Translations under genes and position numbers: made by a program
Notes under the pieces: model-generated
Database searches by the model: none
The model's input: the letters and a program-made list of their open reading frames with translations, nothing else
Told to the model about the DNA's origin: nothing
Part shown: piece after piece, positions 46,747-56,340 of the stretch
Layout: every line of letters begins with the position of its first letter
Numbering within the stretch: position 1 is the stretch's first letter
NCBI GenBank assembly: GCA_965279515.1
Contig: CBDIID010000003.1
Coordinates: forward strand, 4,128,001 to 4,192,000
Direction: 5' to 3'
Source: Turneriella sp.
GTDB taxonomy: Bacteria > Spirochaetota > Leptospiria > Turneriellales > Turneriellaceae
Length of the DNA stretch: 64,000 bases

Positions 46747-49007
46747 TACGCGCGCTCTGGCTCGCCGGCTACCTGGCCCTGCTTGTCGCGGTGCCGCTGC
46801 AGCTCTGGACGACCGTGCATTTTGTCGACCAGCACAAGCCGCGGATTCTCACCACCCCCAATGACCTGGCACTGATTCCATTAACCTTCAACATACCCGA
46901 CAAGGCTTTCTATCTCAGGCCCTATGCGGGAATCCCCGCCGATCCGGGCGAACTCAAGTACGTACAGGCATTGCTGCCCATTTACGCCGCAGCGTTTTTC
47001 TTCTGGTTTACCGGGATTTTCCTCTACATCTTCTCCCGTGTGCGCCGCCTCGAACGCGCGTATATACTGTTCAGCGCTTTTGTCGCGACCTACCTGCTCT
47101 TGTTTGTGGATTTTTTTACGCGGAGATATACCGGTAATTTTTTCCTCTCCTATAATATTATCGTGATTGCCCCGTTTCTTTATCTGTACCGCAGCGTCTA
47201 CGAGCTCGAGACGCGCGGCTTTTTTTATCCCGTCATCATGGCGGCAGGCACTGCGGTATTTTTTCTTTTGCCCGTGAAGAGCGCTGCGGATGAAATTCTT
47301 TTCATAAAAATTCTGGGCGGCGTGTTCTTCGCTGTATTTCTCTACTGCGCTTATTTGTTTGTCCGGTCGGAGCGACACCGCGAGCGCGCGCAGAATACGC
47401 GCAAGCTGTGGGCAGGCCGCATCTTCAATTTATCGCTGATCTTTGCCGTTGCCTTACCCCCGGCATTTTTCTTTATGCTCTATTATACGCCGGTGCGGAT
47501 CGACATCAATTATAACGCGCTGTTCTTTTTGCCAGCACTTTTTCCGATTATTTTCCTGACGCTGAGCCTGAGATGGGGCCTTGTCAGCTTCCATGTGCCG
47601 ATCAGTCTTATGGCCGTGCGTTTCATGTATTTCGCTTTTTTCGGATTTCTCTACTGGTTCACGATCGGCTTCAGCCTTGGTGAGATTTACCAGAGCGAGA
47701 CGACACGGGTCGGGCATGTCTGGATCCTGGGACTTTTTCTTTTGCTCATCGACCCTTTCCGCACGGCGCTGCTTGCCTCGCTCGATTCTTATACCAGTGC
47801 GCGCCGCAAGGTGCTCGATTCGTTTCTGCTGCAGAGTTCGCAGCAGATCGCCAACCCCCGCCGTGTGAGCCACTTCATCGACCGGCTTGCCGGTTCGCTG
47901 AGCGAAGGTTTGGGCACCGGCTGGACCAAGGTTATCATGAGTCGCGATCTGTTCCTCAACTGGGATACCGACAGCGATAAAGTGATCTATCTGCCGTCAG
48001 ACGATCCGTTCTGGTCGCAGACACGGGGTCGCCTGCGGCGCGGTAAATATCCGGTGCTGACGCGCACTTTTATCGGTCCCGTGCGCGACTTTTTGCAGAG
48101 CCATGGCGGATATCTCGCTGTGACGATGGGCAAATTCAAGGCGGGCATTCTCATTCCTGAACGCCGCGAGAATATTCCGTATTATAATGAGGATATCCGG
48201 TTTTTACGCCAGATCGCGCGTGAGGCGGAGATTCTCATCCAGAACTATCTTTTCCTTATTGAAAACGTGAAACTCAAGCGGCGCGAACGCGAGCTCGCCG
48301 ACAATGCGCGTATCCAGCGGCGGATTATCCCCGGTTTTCTTGAGTTTGAGCGCTTCTCGTTCTGGTCTTACAGCCATGCGTATGAAAGCGTGACCGGAGA
48401 CTATATCGACCTCATCGAGACCGAACCCGGCAAGTACGTGGTGCTGCTCGGCGACGTTTCGGGGCATGGCATTTCGAGCGGTTATCTCGTGTCCTTTGCG
48501 CGCGCCTACCTCAGGGGTGGCCTTGTCGACAGAAAAGAAACCCTTGCCTCGGCGATTGGCGGGCTCAATGCCTATCTCGCTGAAAACTACCGCGGCAATG
48601 AATTTATCACGCTCTTTGCGCTGCAGATGCGGTTTACCGAACAGGAAATTCAACTCAGCTATATCAATGCCGGCCAGCACCCGGCGTTACTCTACCAGGG
48701 TGGCAGGCTGACAGAGCTGCAGGAGAGCCAGCGGCTTCTGGGTGTTACGCAGAATGACTACAACGAAACGAGCCTGAAGCTCGAGGGCGATCCGGCCAGG
48801 TTGATCTTATATTCCGATGGCGCGTTCGATGTTTTCAATAAGTCGGGAAAACTTCTCGGGCAGAAGAAATTCTTTGATTGGGTTGAATCGTCGCTCGATA
48901 AGACCGCCCCCGATCAGCTTGCTTTTCTCAGACAGCGGATTGAATCTTATACGGGGTCGGGCGATGAGAGCGACGATCTCGCCCTCATCATTATACAGAC
49001 GCGTTAA
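46743..49007 (+). CDS. Membrane-bound SpoIIE/PP2C-family phosphatase
   Basis: Multiple TM helices, VTGDYID, GDVSGHG, YINAG.H, YSDG and DDL. Confidence 0.9.
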   Translation: MIRALWLAGYLALLVAVPLQLWTTVHFVDQHKPRILTTPNDLALIPLTFNIPDKAFYLRPYAGIPADPGELKYVQALLPIYAAAFFFWFTGIFLYIFSRVRRLERAYILFSAFVATYLLLFVDFFTRRYTGNFFLSYNIIVIAPFLYLYRSVYELETRGFFYPVIMAAGTAVFFLLPVKSAADEILFIKILGGVFFAVFLYCAYLFVRSERHRERAQNTRKLWAGRIFNLSLIFAVALPPAFFFMLYYTPVRIDINYNALFFLPALFPIIFLTLSLRWGLVSFHVPISLMAVRFMYFAFFGFLYWFTIGFSLGEIYQSETTRVGHVWILGLFLLLIDPFRTALLASLDSYTSARRKVLDSFLLQSSQQIANPRRVSHFIDRLAGSLSEGLGTGWTKVIMSRDLFLNWDTDSDKVIYLPSDDPFWSQTRGRLRRGKYPVLTRTFIGPVRDFLQSHGGYLAVTMGKFKAGILIPERRENIPYYNEDIRFLRQIAREAEILIQNYLFLIENVKLKRRERELADNARIQRRIIPGFLEFERFSFWSYSHAYESVTGDYIDLIETEPGKYVVLLGDVSGHGISSGYLVSFARAYLRGGLVDRKETLASAIGGLNAYLAENYRGNEFITLFALQMRFTEQEIQLSYINAGQHPALLYQGGRLTELQESQRLLGVTQNDYNETSLKLEGDPARLILYSDGAFDVFNKSGKLLGQKKFFDWVESSLDKTAPDQLAFLRQRIESYTGSGDESDDLALIIIQTR

Positions 49008-50296
49008 TTCTCGGGTGCGCCTTTTGCTTTGTTGTAACGTACGATACGGATATTGTGGCGGTGGATTTCGAGAGCCGCGGTGAGCAGCTGGCCGTAGTTG
49101 CCTTTGCCGGCTGTATCAAAAGATTTTTCGAAAGTGATGTCTTTGGGCAGGTCTTTAACCTTCGCCAGTTCAGCGGCACCGTTGTCGATTTTTGTATAAG
49201 CTGCGGCGGCGGGCAGAGCTGAACTCTTGCGGCCTGTGACGGAAAAGAAATATGTAAATCCACCGGCATCGACCGGGCCGACGATTTGGCCGACAGGGGC
49301 CGAGACGCGCTGTTTGACAAAAACATCAGACTGCGAAAGCGGAGAGAGGCTGATGGCAGCATTGTCTTTTCCTTTTTTGGAGTCGAGATCTGTGGCGAGG
49401 CCGACATCATCGATGGCGATGGTTTTGGTGCCGGCCGCCGTGGCAACGGCGTCGATGCCGGCTTTCGAGGCCTGGGTGAGCGCAGTTGCGAAATCTTTTT
49501 CGAGCGTTGCACGTTTTTCATTGAAGAGCGTCGCTTTGATGGTATCGCGTTTCGGCTGGTCGAGCACCGATTTGGGATCTTTACTCAGGAACTCTGCCTT
49601 GAACTTGTCCTGGATTTCCTGTTCTGCGGGGTTAAAACGACCCCGCAGAATCTTATCTTTGCTGCCGGAGTCGACGGCGACAATGCGGAATGAATTTTGC
49701 GTGGTGGCGAAACGGATGTCGTCGAGCACCGCAAAATCTGAAGCGTAACTCGTCGCCTGCAGCATCTCGTACGCTTTCTGCGGACCGTAATCGTGCAACA
49801 TGTTGCGGCCGATCTGGTCGAGGGTCAGGCGGCGTTGGGAGAGAAATTCATTGAGCCGCTCGGTGTCGAGCTTGCCGTTGACGATATATTCGCCAAACTG
49901 GCGTTTATAGAATGTGGCGAGAATCTTCGCTTCGCTGGAACTCATGGGCACATAACCGGCGCGGTTCAGAATCTGCGTGAAAATTTTGCGGTCGATCGCC
50001 TCGTCGAGGGCACGGCCTTTGGCCATATCTTCGAACAGTTTGCGGTTTTTTTCGTCCAAGCCCTTCATGTTCTGCATCATGCGTTCTTCGATGCGTTTCT
50101 GGTAGTCGGCGACCTCGGCTTTGCTGAGGTATTCGGTGCCGACTTTCGCGGCATTATAGGCATCCATCCGTGAACTCGACCCCATAAAGTCCGGCATGCC
50201 GAACGATACGACGATAATCGCAAACAAAAAGATGAGGAAGATCCAGGTTCCGAATTTGACAAGCTTCTCACGGAACGTCACGGGTGATTCTGACAT
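49004..50296 (-). CDS. SurA N-terminal domain protein (PpiD-like membrane-anchored chaperone)
   Basis: N-terminal TM followed by AAKVG...S..E, F...GKLD...L.EFL, and GQIVGPV. Confidence 0.65.
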   Translation of the reverse strand: MSESPVTFREKLVKFGTWIFLIFLFAIIVVSFGMPDFMGSSSRMDAYNAAKVGTEYLSKAEVADYQKRIEERMMQNMKGLDEKNRKLFEDMAKGRALDEAIDRKIFTQILNRAGYVPMSSSEAKILATFYKRQFGEYIVNGKLDTERLNEFLSQRRLTLDQIGRNMLHDYGPQKAYEMLQATSYASDFAVLDDIRFATTQNSFRIVAVDSGSKDKILRGRFNPAEQEIQDKFKAEFLSKDPKSVLDQPKRDTIKATLFNEKRATLEKDFATALTQASKAGIDAVATAAGTKTIAIDDVGLATDLDSKKGKDNAAISLSPLSQSDVFVKQRVSAPVGQIVGPVDAGGFTYFFSVTGRKSSALPAAAAYTKIDNGAAELAKVKDLPKDITFEKSFDTAGKGNYGQLLTAALEIHRHNIRIVRYNKAKGAPEN

Positions 50297-50357
50297 TTGC
50301 CAGTTTCGATTTTTGATTTACCCCATCAAACTGAATTCAAGGCCGACGGCACATCTC

Positions 50358-51617
50358 ATGAATGACTATATCAGCCGGATTGCCGACGACGCGCTCGAAG
50401 TTTCTGCCGAACTCAGGCAGGTGTCGACCGCGCGTAAAAACGCGGCACTCACCAAACTGGCCGAGCTTATCGTCAGCCATGGTACAGAACTCAAAGCCGA
50501 AAACGCACGCGACATCGCCTATGCCCGCGAAACGGGTCTCGAGGCGAGCCTTTTAGACCGCCTCACCATCACCGACAAAGTGATTGCCGCGATGAGCAAG
50601 GCGGCTCTCGAAATTGCGGCATTGCCCGACCCGGTGGGAGAGGTCGTCGAAGGCCGTACCCTCGCCAGCGGCATCCGCCTCACCAAGGTGCGCACTCCTT
50701 TGGGCGTCGTGGCACTGATCTATGAATCGCGGCCGAATGTCACCATCGACGTCGGTGCGCTTTGCTTAAAATCGGGGAATGCCGCAATTCTGCGCGGCGG
50801 CAAAGAAGCGATTCACAGTAACCGTGCCCTGACCAAAATTTTCCATGAGGCGCTCGAATCGCAAAAGATTCCGGCCGCAGCGGTGCAGCTGATCGAGAAA
50901 ACGGAACGCAGCCTGATCGTCGACCTGGTGAAATGCACAAAACAGATCGATCTCGTTGTGCCGCGCGGCGGTGAGGCGCTGATCCAGTTTGTCACCGAAA
51001 ACAGTCTTATACCCGTCGTGAAGCACGACAAGGGTGTCTGCAATATCTACATTGAAAAAGATGCGCCGCTGGCGATGGCACGCGACATTGTCATCAACTC
51101 GAAGACGCAGCGTCCCGGTGTCTGTAACACGGCGGAGTGCCTTCTGGTACACAAGCAGTGGCCGCACACGGCTGAACTGATGGCCGCGCTCAATGCGAAG
51201 GGCGTGACACTGCACAGCGATGCGGGTGGCATTCAGGATTTTGGTGAGCTCGGTGTCAAAGTCGAGCCGTTCGTCAACGATCTTGGTTTCGGCCACGAAT
51301 ACCTGAGCCTCGACATTGGTGTGCGTATCGTGGGCGATCTGGACGAGGCGGTTAGGCATATTTTGGAATACGGCTCGAAACATTCGGAAGCGATTATCAC
51401 CGAAGAGCTGCCCCTTGCGCAAAAGTTCATCGATGCGCTCGATTCGGCAGCGGTGTTTGTCAACGCCTCCACGCGGTTCCATGATGGCGGCGAGTTTGGC
51501 CTCGGCGCCGAAGTCGGCATCGCCACGGGCAAGCTGCATGTGCGCGGGCCAATGGGCCTCAAAGACCTGACCACAACCAGGTATATTGCCATGGGGCACG
51601 GGGAAATCCGCAACTGA
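50358..51617 (+). CDS. proA: Gamma-glutamyl phosphate reductase
   Basis: PLGV...IYESRPNVT, RGGKEA, CNTAECL, HSEAI and NASTRFHDG..FGLGAE.GI.T.KLH.RGP.GL. Confidence 0.96.
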   Translation: MNDYISRIADDALEVSAELRQVSTARKNAALTKLAELIVSHGTELKAENARDIAYARETGLEASLLDRLTITDKVIAAMSKAALEIAALPDPVGEVVEGRTLASGIRLTKVRTPLGVVALIYESRPNVTIDVGALCLKSGNAAILRGGKEAIHSNRALTKIFHEALESQKIPAAAVQLIEKTERSLIVDLVKCTKQIDLVVPRGGEALIQFVTENSLIPVVKHDKGVCNIYIEKDAPLAMARDIVINSKTQRPGVCNTAECLLVHKQWPHTAELMAALNAKGVTLHSDAGGIQDFGELGVKVEPFVNDLGFGHEYLSLDIGVRIVGDLDEAVRHILEYGSKHSEAIITEELPLAQKFIDALDSAAVFVNASTRFHDGGEFGLGAEVGIATGKLHVRGPMGLKDLTTTRYIAMGHGEIRN

Positions 51618-51643
51618 GCGATTCCGCTGTCAGTGACGGGGCT

Positions 51644-52204
51644 TTGCAGAAGATCTATTTTTTCGGCGGTACCTTTGACCCGCCGCACCGCGGCCACTTA
51701 CAGATTATCCGCCATATTCTCCGCAGCGAGCCCAATGCTTCGGTGATCGCCATGCCGGCGGCGAGTGCGCCGCTGCGCGCCGACGAGCGCCTGTTTTCAT
51801 ACCGCGAACGTTTTTATCTTTTGCGCAGGCTCTTGCAGAAGGAAATAGCACAGGGTAAGGTGATTCTGTCGGTTTTGGAAAAGCGGCTGCCGAAACCCGG
51901 CTTTACGGTGAACACGCTTTCAGCACTGGCTAAAATCTGCACGATAAAACCCATTGTCGTCATCGGTGCCGATCAGGCGAAAAAGCTCAGTTCGTGGCAC
52001 CGCAGCGAAGATTTAATCCGCGATTTTCAGTTTCTGATTTTTGCCCGGGACTGTCTCTTGCCCCAGGAACTGCCCAAGCTCAAGGCAAGTTTCGTCGCAG
52101 ATTTCGCTGAAGATGTTTCGGCAACCCAGATGCGCGCTCGCCTCGCAGGGTTGCCGCCACAAGAACGGCTGCAGGCAGCTCTCGCTGCGGGCAATCCGCC
52201 TTAA
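51644..52204 (+). CDS. nadD: Nicotinate-nucleotide adenylyltransferase
   Basis: FGGTFDPPH.GH, FTVNTL, IGADQ...L..W and SAT..R; follows proA. Confidence 0.88.
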   Translation: MQKIYFFGGTFDPPHRGHLQIIRHILRSEPNASVIAMPAASAPLRADERLFSYRERFYLLRRLLQKEIAQGKVILSVLEKRLPKPGFTVNTLSALAKICTIKPIVVIGADQAKKLSSWHRSEDLIRDFQFLIFARDCLLPQELPKLKASFVADFAEDVSATQMRARLAGLPPQERLQAALAAGNPP

Positions 52205-53100
52205 CCGACAAAATACAATAAAAACCGCATGCCGATTTGGGCGAGTGCATGGTGCGGGCGGCGCCAAAACGGCAGCGCCTTAAAGAGAAAATGCGGAGTG
52301 ATTGCGGCGGCGAACAGGAAAACGATGAGGCTGGCCTTGGGCGAAATATAGAAGACGAGCGCGCCGTAATAAACCGCCAGTTGCGCTACGTGAAATAGCA
52401 AAAATCTGCCGGAGAACCAACCAGGAAAATTTTTATCAGCGTTCCAGATGCGGAAGGCCGAGACCGTGGCGGCGCCGGTACCGAGCAGGGGCACAGCGCC
52501 GGCGGTGTTGACAGCAAAACTTTCGCCGCGGATGATTTCAGGTTTTGAAGCAGTGACGGCCTGCAGATAGTCGGCATAGTTTTTCTTTTCAAAAAAACTA
52601 TTCAGCCGGATATTCTGCGCTTTGCTGAGCCGTCTTTTATGCAAAGCAAAGGCATGGCCATTCTGCGCGCCTTGCGGGTAGAGGTAGTTCTTTAACGCCA
52701 GCCGCGCGTTGCGCCATAAGAATGCGAAGACAGATTCACCCGGACGTTTCTGCGCGCGCGTGGCGTCGAGTTGCACGACCGCATGGCGTTCAGAGAGCCC
52801 CATCAGGTGCCAGACATCAGGCGCGGCAATCAGCAGTGAATCGTCCAGCACGACGACGGTATCGCTTGTCGCGGCGGCGATGCGTTCAGCGAAAGGAAAA
52901 TTTTCGCCGCTGCGCAGGCGCGTGTAGCGCACACCCTCGTGGGGTTCGGCCCAATCGAGCAGCTTTGCAGGCTCATGGTAGTAGATTTCGAGACTTGCCG
53001 GCGTTGTGCTTTTGCGGATAATCCGCTTTAACAGTGCAATGTTCCAGCGGTCGATGCGCGAGTCATTTCCGGCACGGTAGAGGAGGGTGTGTCCGGTCAG
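52201..53100 (-). CDS. Hypothetical membrane protein, possibly a degenerate GT2-like fold; probable CTG start
   Basis: The reading frame stays open upstream of GTG 52932 to CTG 53100, preceded by AAGGGAGG just after the lgt stop. Contains VVVLDD and C-terminal TM helices. Confidence 0.55.
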   Translation of the reverse strand: MTGHTLLYRAGNDSRIDRWNIALLKRIIRKSTTPASLEIYYHEPAKLLDWAEPHEGVRYTRLRSGENFPFAERIAAATSDTVVVLDDSLLIAAPDVWHLMGLSERHAVVQLDATRAQKRPGESVFAFLWRNARLALKNYLYPQGAQNGHAFALHKRRLSKAQNIRLNSFFEKKNYADYLQAVTASKPEIIRGESFAVNTAGAVPLLGTGAATVSAFRIWNADKNFPGWFSGRFLLFHVAQLAVYYGALVFYISPKASLIVFLFAAAITPHFLFKALPFWRRPHHALAQIGMRFLLYFVG

Positions 53101-53116
53101 GGGGCCCTCCCTTATG

Positions 53117-54007
53117 TTAGGCGCGGTTCTCGACGAGCGAGCGGCGCATGAAAGCAGTCACAACATAACCCAGCGACACCGTCATGAGAATCAGCGAGAG
53201 AAACTGCGCCTGCGAAACGCCGAATACGTCGCGCGGGTTCAGGCGGATGAATTCGATCGAAAAGCGGAACAGCGCGTGGAGAAAAAGGTAGAGGAAAAAT
53301 TTAGAGCCGAGCGGCCATTTTTTCTTGCGCACCGACCAGAGAAACACGAAGCACAGGAATGAGAACAGGCATTCGAAAAACGGCGTATTGATCGCGGTCG
53401 CCGCGGGATTTCCGCCGGCATGTTTCATCAGCCACTCGGGCCAGCTGGCCGCGCCGTTGGGGAAGGTCATACACAGTGGAGCCGGCAGGTTCCACGTACA
53501 GAGCCCGCCATAACAGCCGTCGCCCGAAAAGATGCAACCCGCACGTCCGAAGACATAACCGAGCGCCAGCATCGGCGTCATGGTATCGATGCCGAACAAA
53601 ATGTTGATTTTGTTTTTCCAGAGAATGAAAATAATCGCCGCGGCCGCGAGAATAAAACCACCATACCAGGTGAGGCCCGCACCCGAGAACAGGTGTGAGA
53701 ACAGCGAGCCCTGCATGAATTCCGGTGTATTGCGGATTTCAATCACGTAGGCGATCTTGGCGCCGATGATGCCGCCGATGACACCCGCGAGCAAAATATA
53801 ATCACCGAGCTGTACCTTGAGGCCCACGCGAGGGAATTCGCGTTCGATTAAGAGAAAAGAACTGTAAAACGCGAGTGCCATCGTGATACCATATGGAGAA
53901 ACCTGCGCCCACGAGACGATCGTGCTTTTGAGCATGCCTTCTTTATAAGTACAAGCGGCGAGGATAAGCGGGGAGAGCCACAAAAGGGGCTTCAGGCGTT
54001 TCAGCAT
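53117..54007 (-). CDS. lgt: Prolipoprotein diacylglyceryl transferase family protein (atypical)
   Basis: YG.., GGIIGAKI.Y, GLTWYGG, GRAGC..SGDGCYG and RF.IEF.R; multi-TM. Confidence 0.82.
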   Translation of the reverse strand: MLKRLKPLLWLSPLILAACTYKEGMLKSTIVSWAQVSPYGITMALAFYSSFLLIEREFPRVGLKVQLGDYILLAGVIGGIIGAKIAYVIEIRNTPEFMQGSLFSHLFSGAGLTWYGGFILAAAAIIFILWKNKINILFGIDTMTPMLALGYVFGRAGCIFSGDGCYGGLCTWNLPAPLCMTFPNGAASWPEWLMKHAGGNPAATAINTPFFECLFSFLCFVFLWSVRKKKWPLGSKFFLYLFLHALFRFSIEFIRLNPRDVFGVSQAQFLSLILMTVSLGYVVTAFMRRSLVENRA

Positions 54008-54096
54008 GAGGCAGACATGTGCCTGAAAACGCGCGGTCAATCTATTGAGGACAAAATCTTCTTTACGTCGAGGCTCCGTCTTTTAGCGCCTGAACT

Positions 54097-54846
54097 ATGT
54101 TTGAACGTATTGGGCGGGGCATTGGTCTGCCGCTGAACAGTTTCGGCTATATTTCGCAAAAAAAACTATGGGGATACACAATTTTCCCCCTCATTGTCAC
54201 CGCGGCTATTGTGGCGCTGCTTTCGATCGTTGTCTGGTATTTCATAATTAGCTATATTACGAGCTGGATGAATGTCGATGCGAGTAACTGGTTTTTTCTG
54301 CTGCGCTGGTTTTATAATCTGTTCCATTTTATTTTCAAGCTGGTGATTTTCTATCTGCTCTTCTCCCTTGTGCTCCGCCTTTACCTGGCGCTGTTTTCGA
54401 TCATTGTGATTCCCTTCCTTTCGCCGCTGGTAGAGAAAATCCTGCAGGCCGAAGGCATTACTACCATGGAGATCAAAGGCTCTGAGATCCCGGGGTACAT
54501 CCTCGCGACGATTTGGTACAGCATCAAGATGCTGATCTGGCAGAGTTTTGTGGCGCTCTTGCTGCTCTTCACCGGGCCCTTACAGCCGTTTCTCAACTTT
54601 GGTTTCAGCAGCTACTTTCTCGGCCGCTCGTATTTTGATACCGTGTTCGATCTTTTGGGCAAGCCCAAGGAATTCAGTGCGATGATCAAAGGTTTTCGTT
54701 CTGAAGCGACGGGGTTGGGCATTTTTTCGACATTGTTCGTTTTTATTCCGGTATTCGGTACTGTTTTTGCCCCGGTACTTTCGATAGTCGCCGCGACCCG
54801 ATTGTTTGCCGAACGGAAGAATTCGCCTGCAGCCAAACTGGTTTGA
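54097..54846 (+). CDS. EI24/CysZ-like membrane protein
   Basis: Hydrophobic, with PFLS.L.EK, YFD and FIP......P...VAAT. Confidence 0.7.
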   Translation: MFERIGRGIGLPLNSFGYISQKKLWGYTIFPLIVTAAIVALLSIVVWYFIISYITSWMNVDASNWFFLLRWFYNLFHFIFKLVIFYLLFSLVLRLYLALFSIIVIPFLSPLVEKILQAEGITTMEIKGSEIPGYILATIWYSIKMLIWQSFVALLLLFTGPLQPFLNFGFSSYFLGRSYFDTVFDLLGKPKEFSAMIKGFRSEATGLGIFSTLFVFIPVFGTVFAPVLSIVAATRLFAERKNSPAAKLV

Positions 54847-56336
54847 ATGTAAAACGCACCGGTCTTTTTCTTTTATTGCTATTCGCACCCGGCTTTGCGC
54901 ATGCGAAGCTCTATCTTTTGCTCGATGAGCGGCTGAAAAAGAGCCGTACCGAGCAGACGATCTATAAGTTCGTGCCGCTCACCAACGCATCTGAGGTTGA
55001 ATTACTCTATGTGCAGGGTTTTATGAAAGACCAGAGCGCGGCGGCTTTTGCCACACGCCTCAAGGGTGACGACAGGGGGATGTACATCGGCGCCGATACC
55101 TGGCCCGACGACAAATATATCGACGAACTCACGCAGAGCCGCGCCTGGCCCGAGACGCTGGGCAAGATTTCGTTTCTGATCGAAAGTAATGCGCCCGAAT
55201 ACGCACGTCTGCCGAAAGGCCTTTATGCGCGGCGCGAACTCTGGAAAAAATACGCAGAACTCATCCATACCAAATATGCGGGTTTTTTCAGCACGCACTA
55301 TCTCGATACGAACCAGAACGAACTGCAAAATTCAGACTGGAAAAGTTTCACCTGCATCCACGAATCGGGGCGCGAGCTGAAACCGGGTAAAAATTCGCCT
55401 CTCAGTATTTCACAAAATCGTTTTCAAATAAGTTTTCGCCAGGCAAAGCAGCTCGATTTCGTCGGGGCTCTTGTCTGCATCAATGTGCCGAAGGCAGATG
55501 CGATGTTCGAAGTCCATACCGCCAAGACCGACGTTGTTATCGAAGCCGATTCGGGGCGTTTTTCGCTGTGGAATGAGGCGCAGCCGCTTAAAATTCGTAT
55601 CCGCTCGGCGCGGCAGATCACTGCGCCCCTGGCTCTCGAGATCAGACCCGAAATCAACCAGTCGCAGACCGAATTCTTTTTCCAGGGTGAGCGCATCACC
55701 TGCACTTCGAACCGCTGCCGCCGCAAAGACGCGCGCTTTCTCTTGCCGCAGTTCCGGGATTTCAATGAGAACTTTGAATTTGCGATTCGTGCGTCGGGCG
55801 ACAGTTATTTCCGCGGCACATTGCGCCTCATGGCGGGCGAGATCGAAATCGCGCGCACGGAATTTCGGTTCACGCCGCAGAGTTGGGTGGCAGAGACTTC
55901 GTATGCGCTGAAGAACCCTTCCGAGTATCAATCCGCCTTTCTGATTATTCTCATCTTATGCGCGGCCGCCGTCGGGCTGGCCATACTTGCCTGGCTGGGC
56001 CTCAAAAACCTCGCCGCCACGCTGGCGGAGAAAAACGCCCGGCAAATTCCCCGGCAATCGAGCGCCAGCGTTACCATTGAGCGTGATGTGGCCTACCGCA
56101 TGACGGCGGGGGAGAACCCGTTTGGCTGTGAACTCTATGCGTTTGGCGGTATTGTTACTCTTTCTGTCGAAGGCGATGAGGTTACGGTAAGGCATGGTGG
56201 TGCTGTTGAACAGAGGCTGCCTCTGGATAATTTCCGCTATGATTTGCCCGACGGCTATCGTCTCGAAATCAAGATTTTGCCTGATAACGCTTTGCTGCTG
56301 ACGGCGTATTTGCTGGAACTCGCTGTGGTGCGCTAA
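54843..56336 (+). CDS. Hypothetical exported single-pass membrane protein
   Basis: Signal peptide, large extracytoplasmic region, one TM and a short cytoplasmic domain. Confidence 0.65.
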   Translation: MNVKRTGLFLLLLFAPGFAHAKLYLLLDERLKKSRTEQTIYKFVPLTNASEVELLYVQGFMKDQSAAAFATRLKGDDRGMYIGADTWPDDKYIDELTQSRAWPETLGKISFLIESNAPEYARLPKGLYARRELWKKYAELIHTKYAGFFSTHYLDTNQNELQNSDWKSFTCIHESGRELKPGKNSPLSISQNRFQISFRQAKQLDFVGALVCINVPKADAMFEVHTAKTDVVIEADSGRFSLWNEAQPLKIRIRSARQITAPLALEIRPEINQSQTEFFFQGERITCTSNRCRRKDARFLLPQFRDFNENFEFAIRASGDSYFRGTLRLMAGEIEIARTEFRFTPQSWVAETSYALKNPSEYQSAFLIILILCAAAVGLAILAWLGLKNLAATLAEKNARQIPRQSSASVTIERDVAYRMTAGENPFGCELYAFGGIVTLSVEGDEVTVRHGGAVEQRLPLDNFRYDLPDGYRLEIKILPDNALLLTAYLLELAVVR

Positions 56337-56340
56337 ACCA

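Noticed and set aside
50196..50357. N-terminal extension of ProA
   Set aside because: Overlaps the divergent SurA-like gene. Family similarity starts near ATG 50358.
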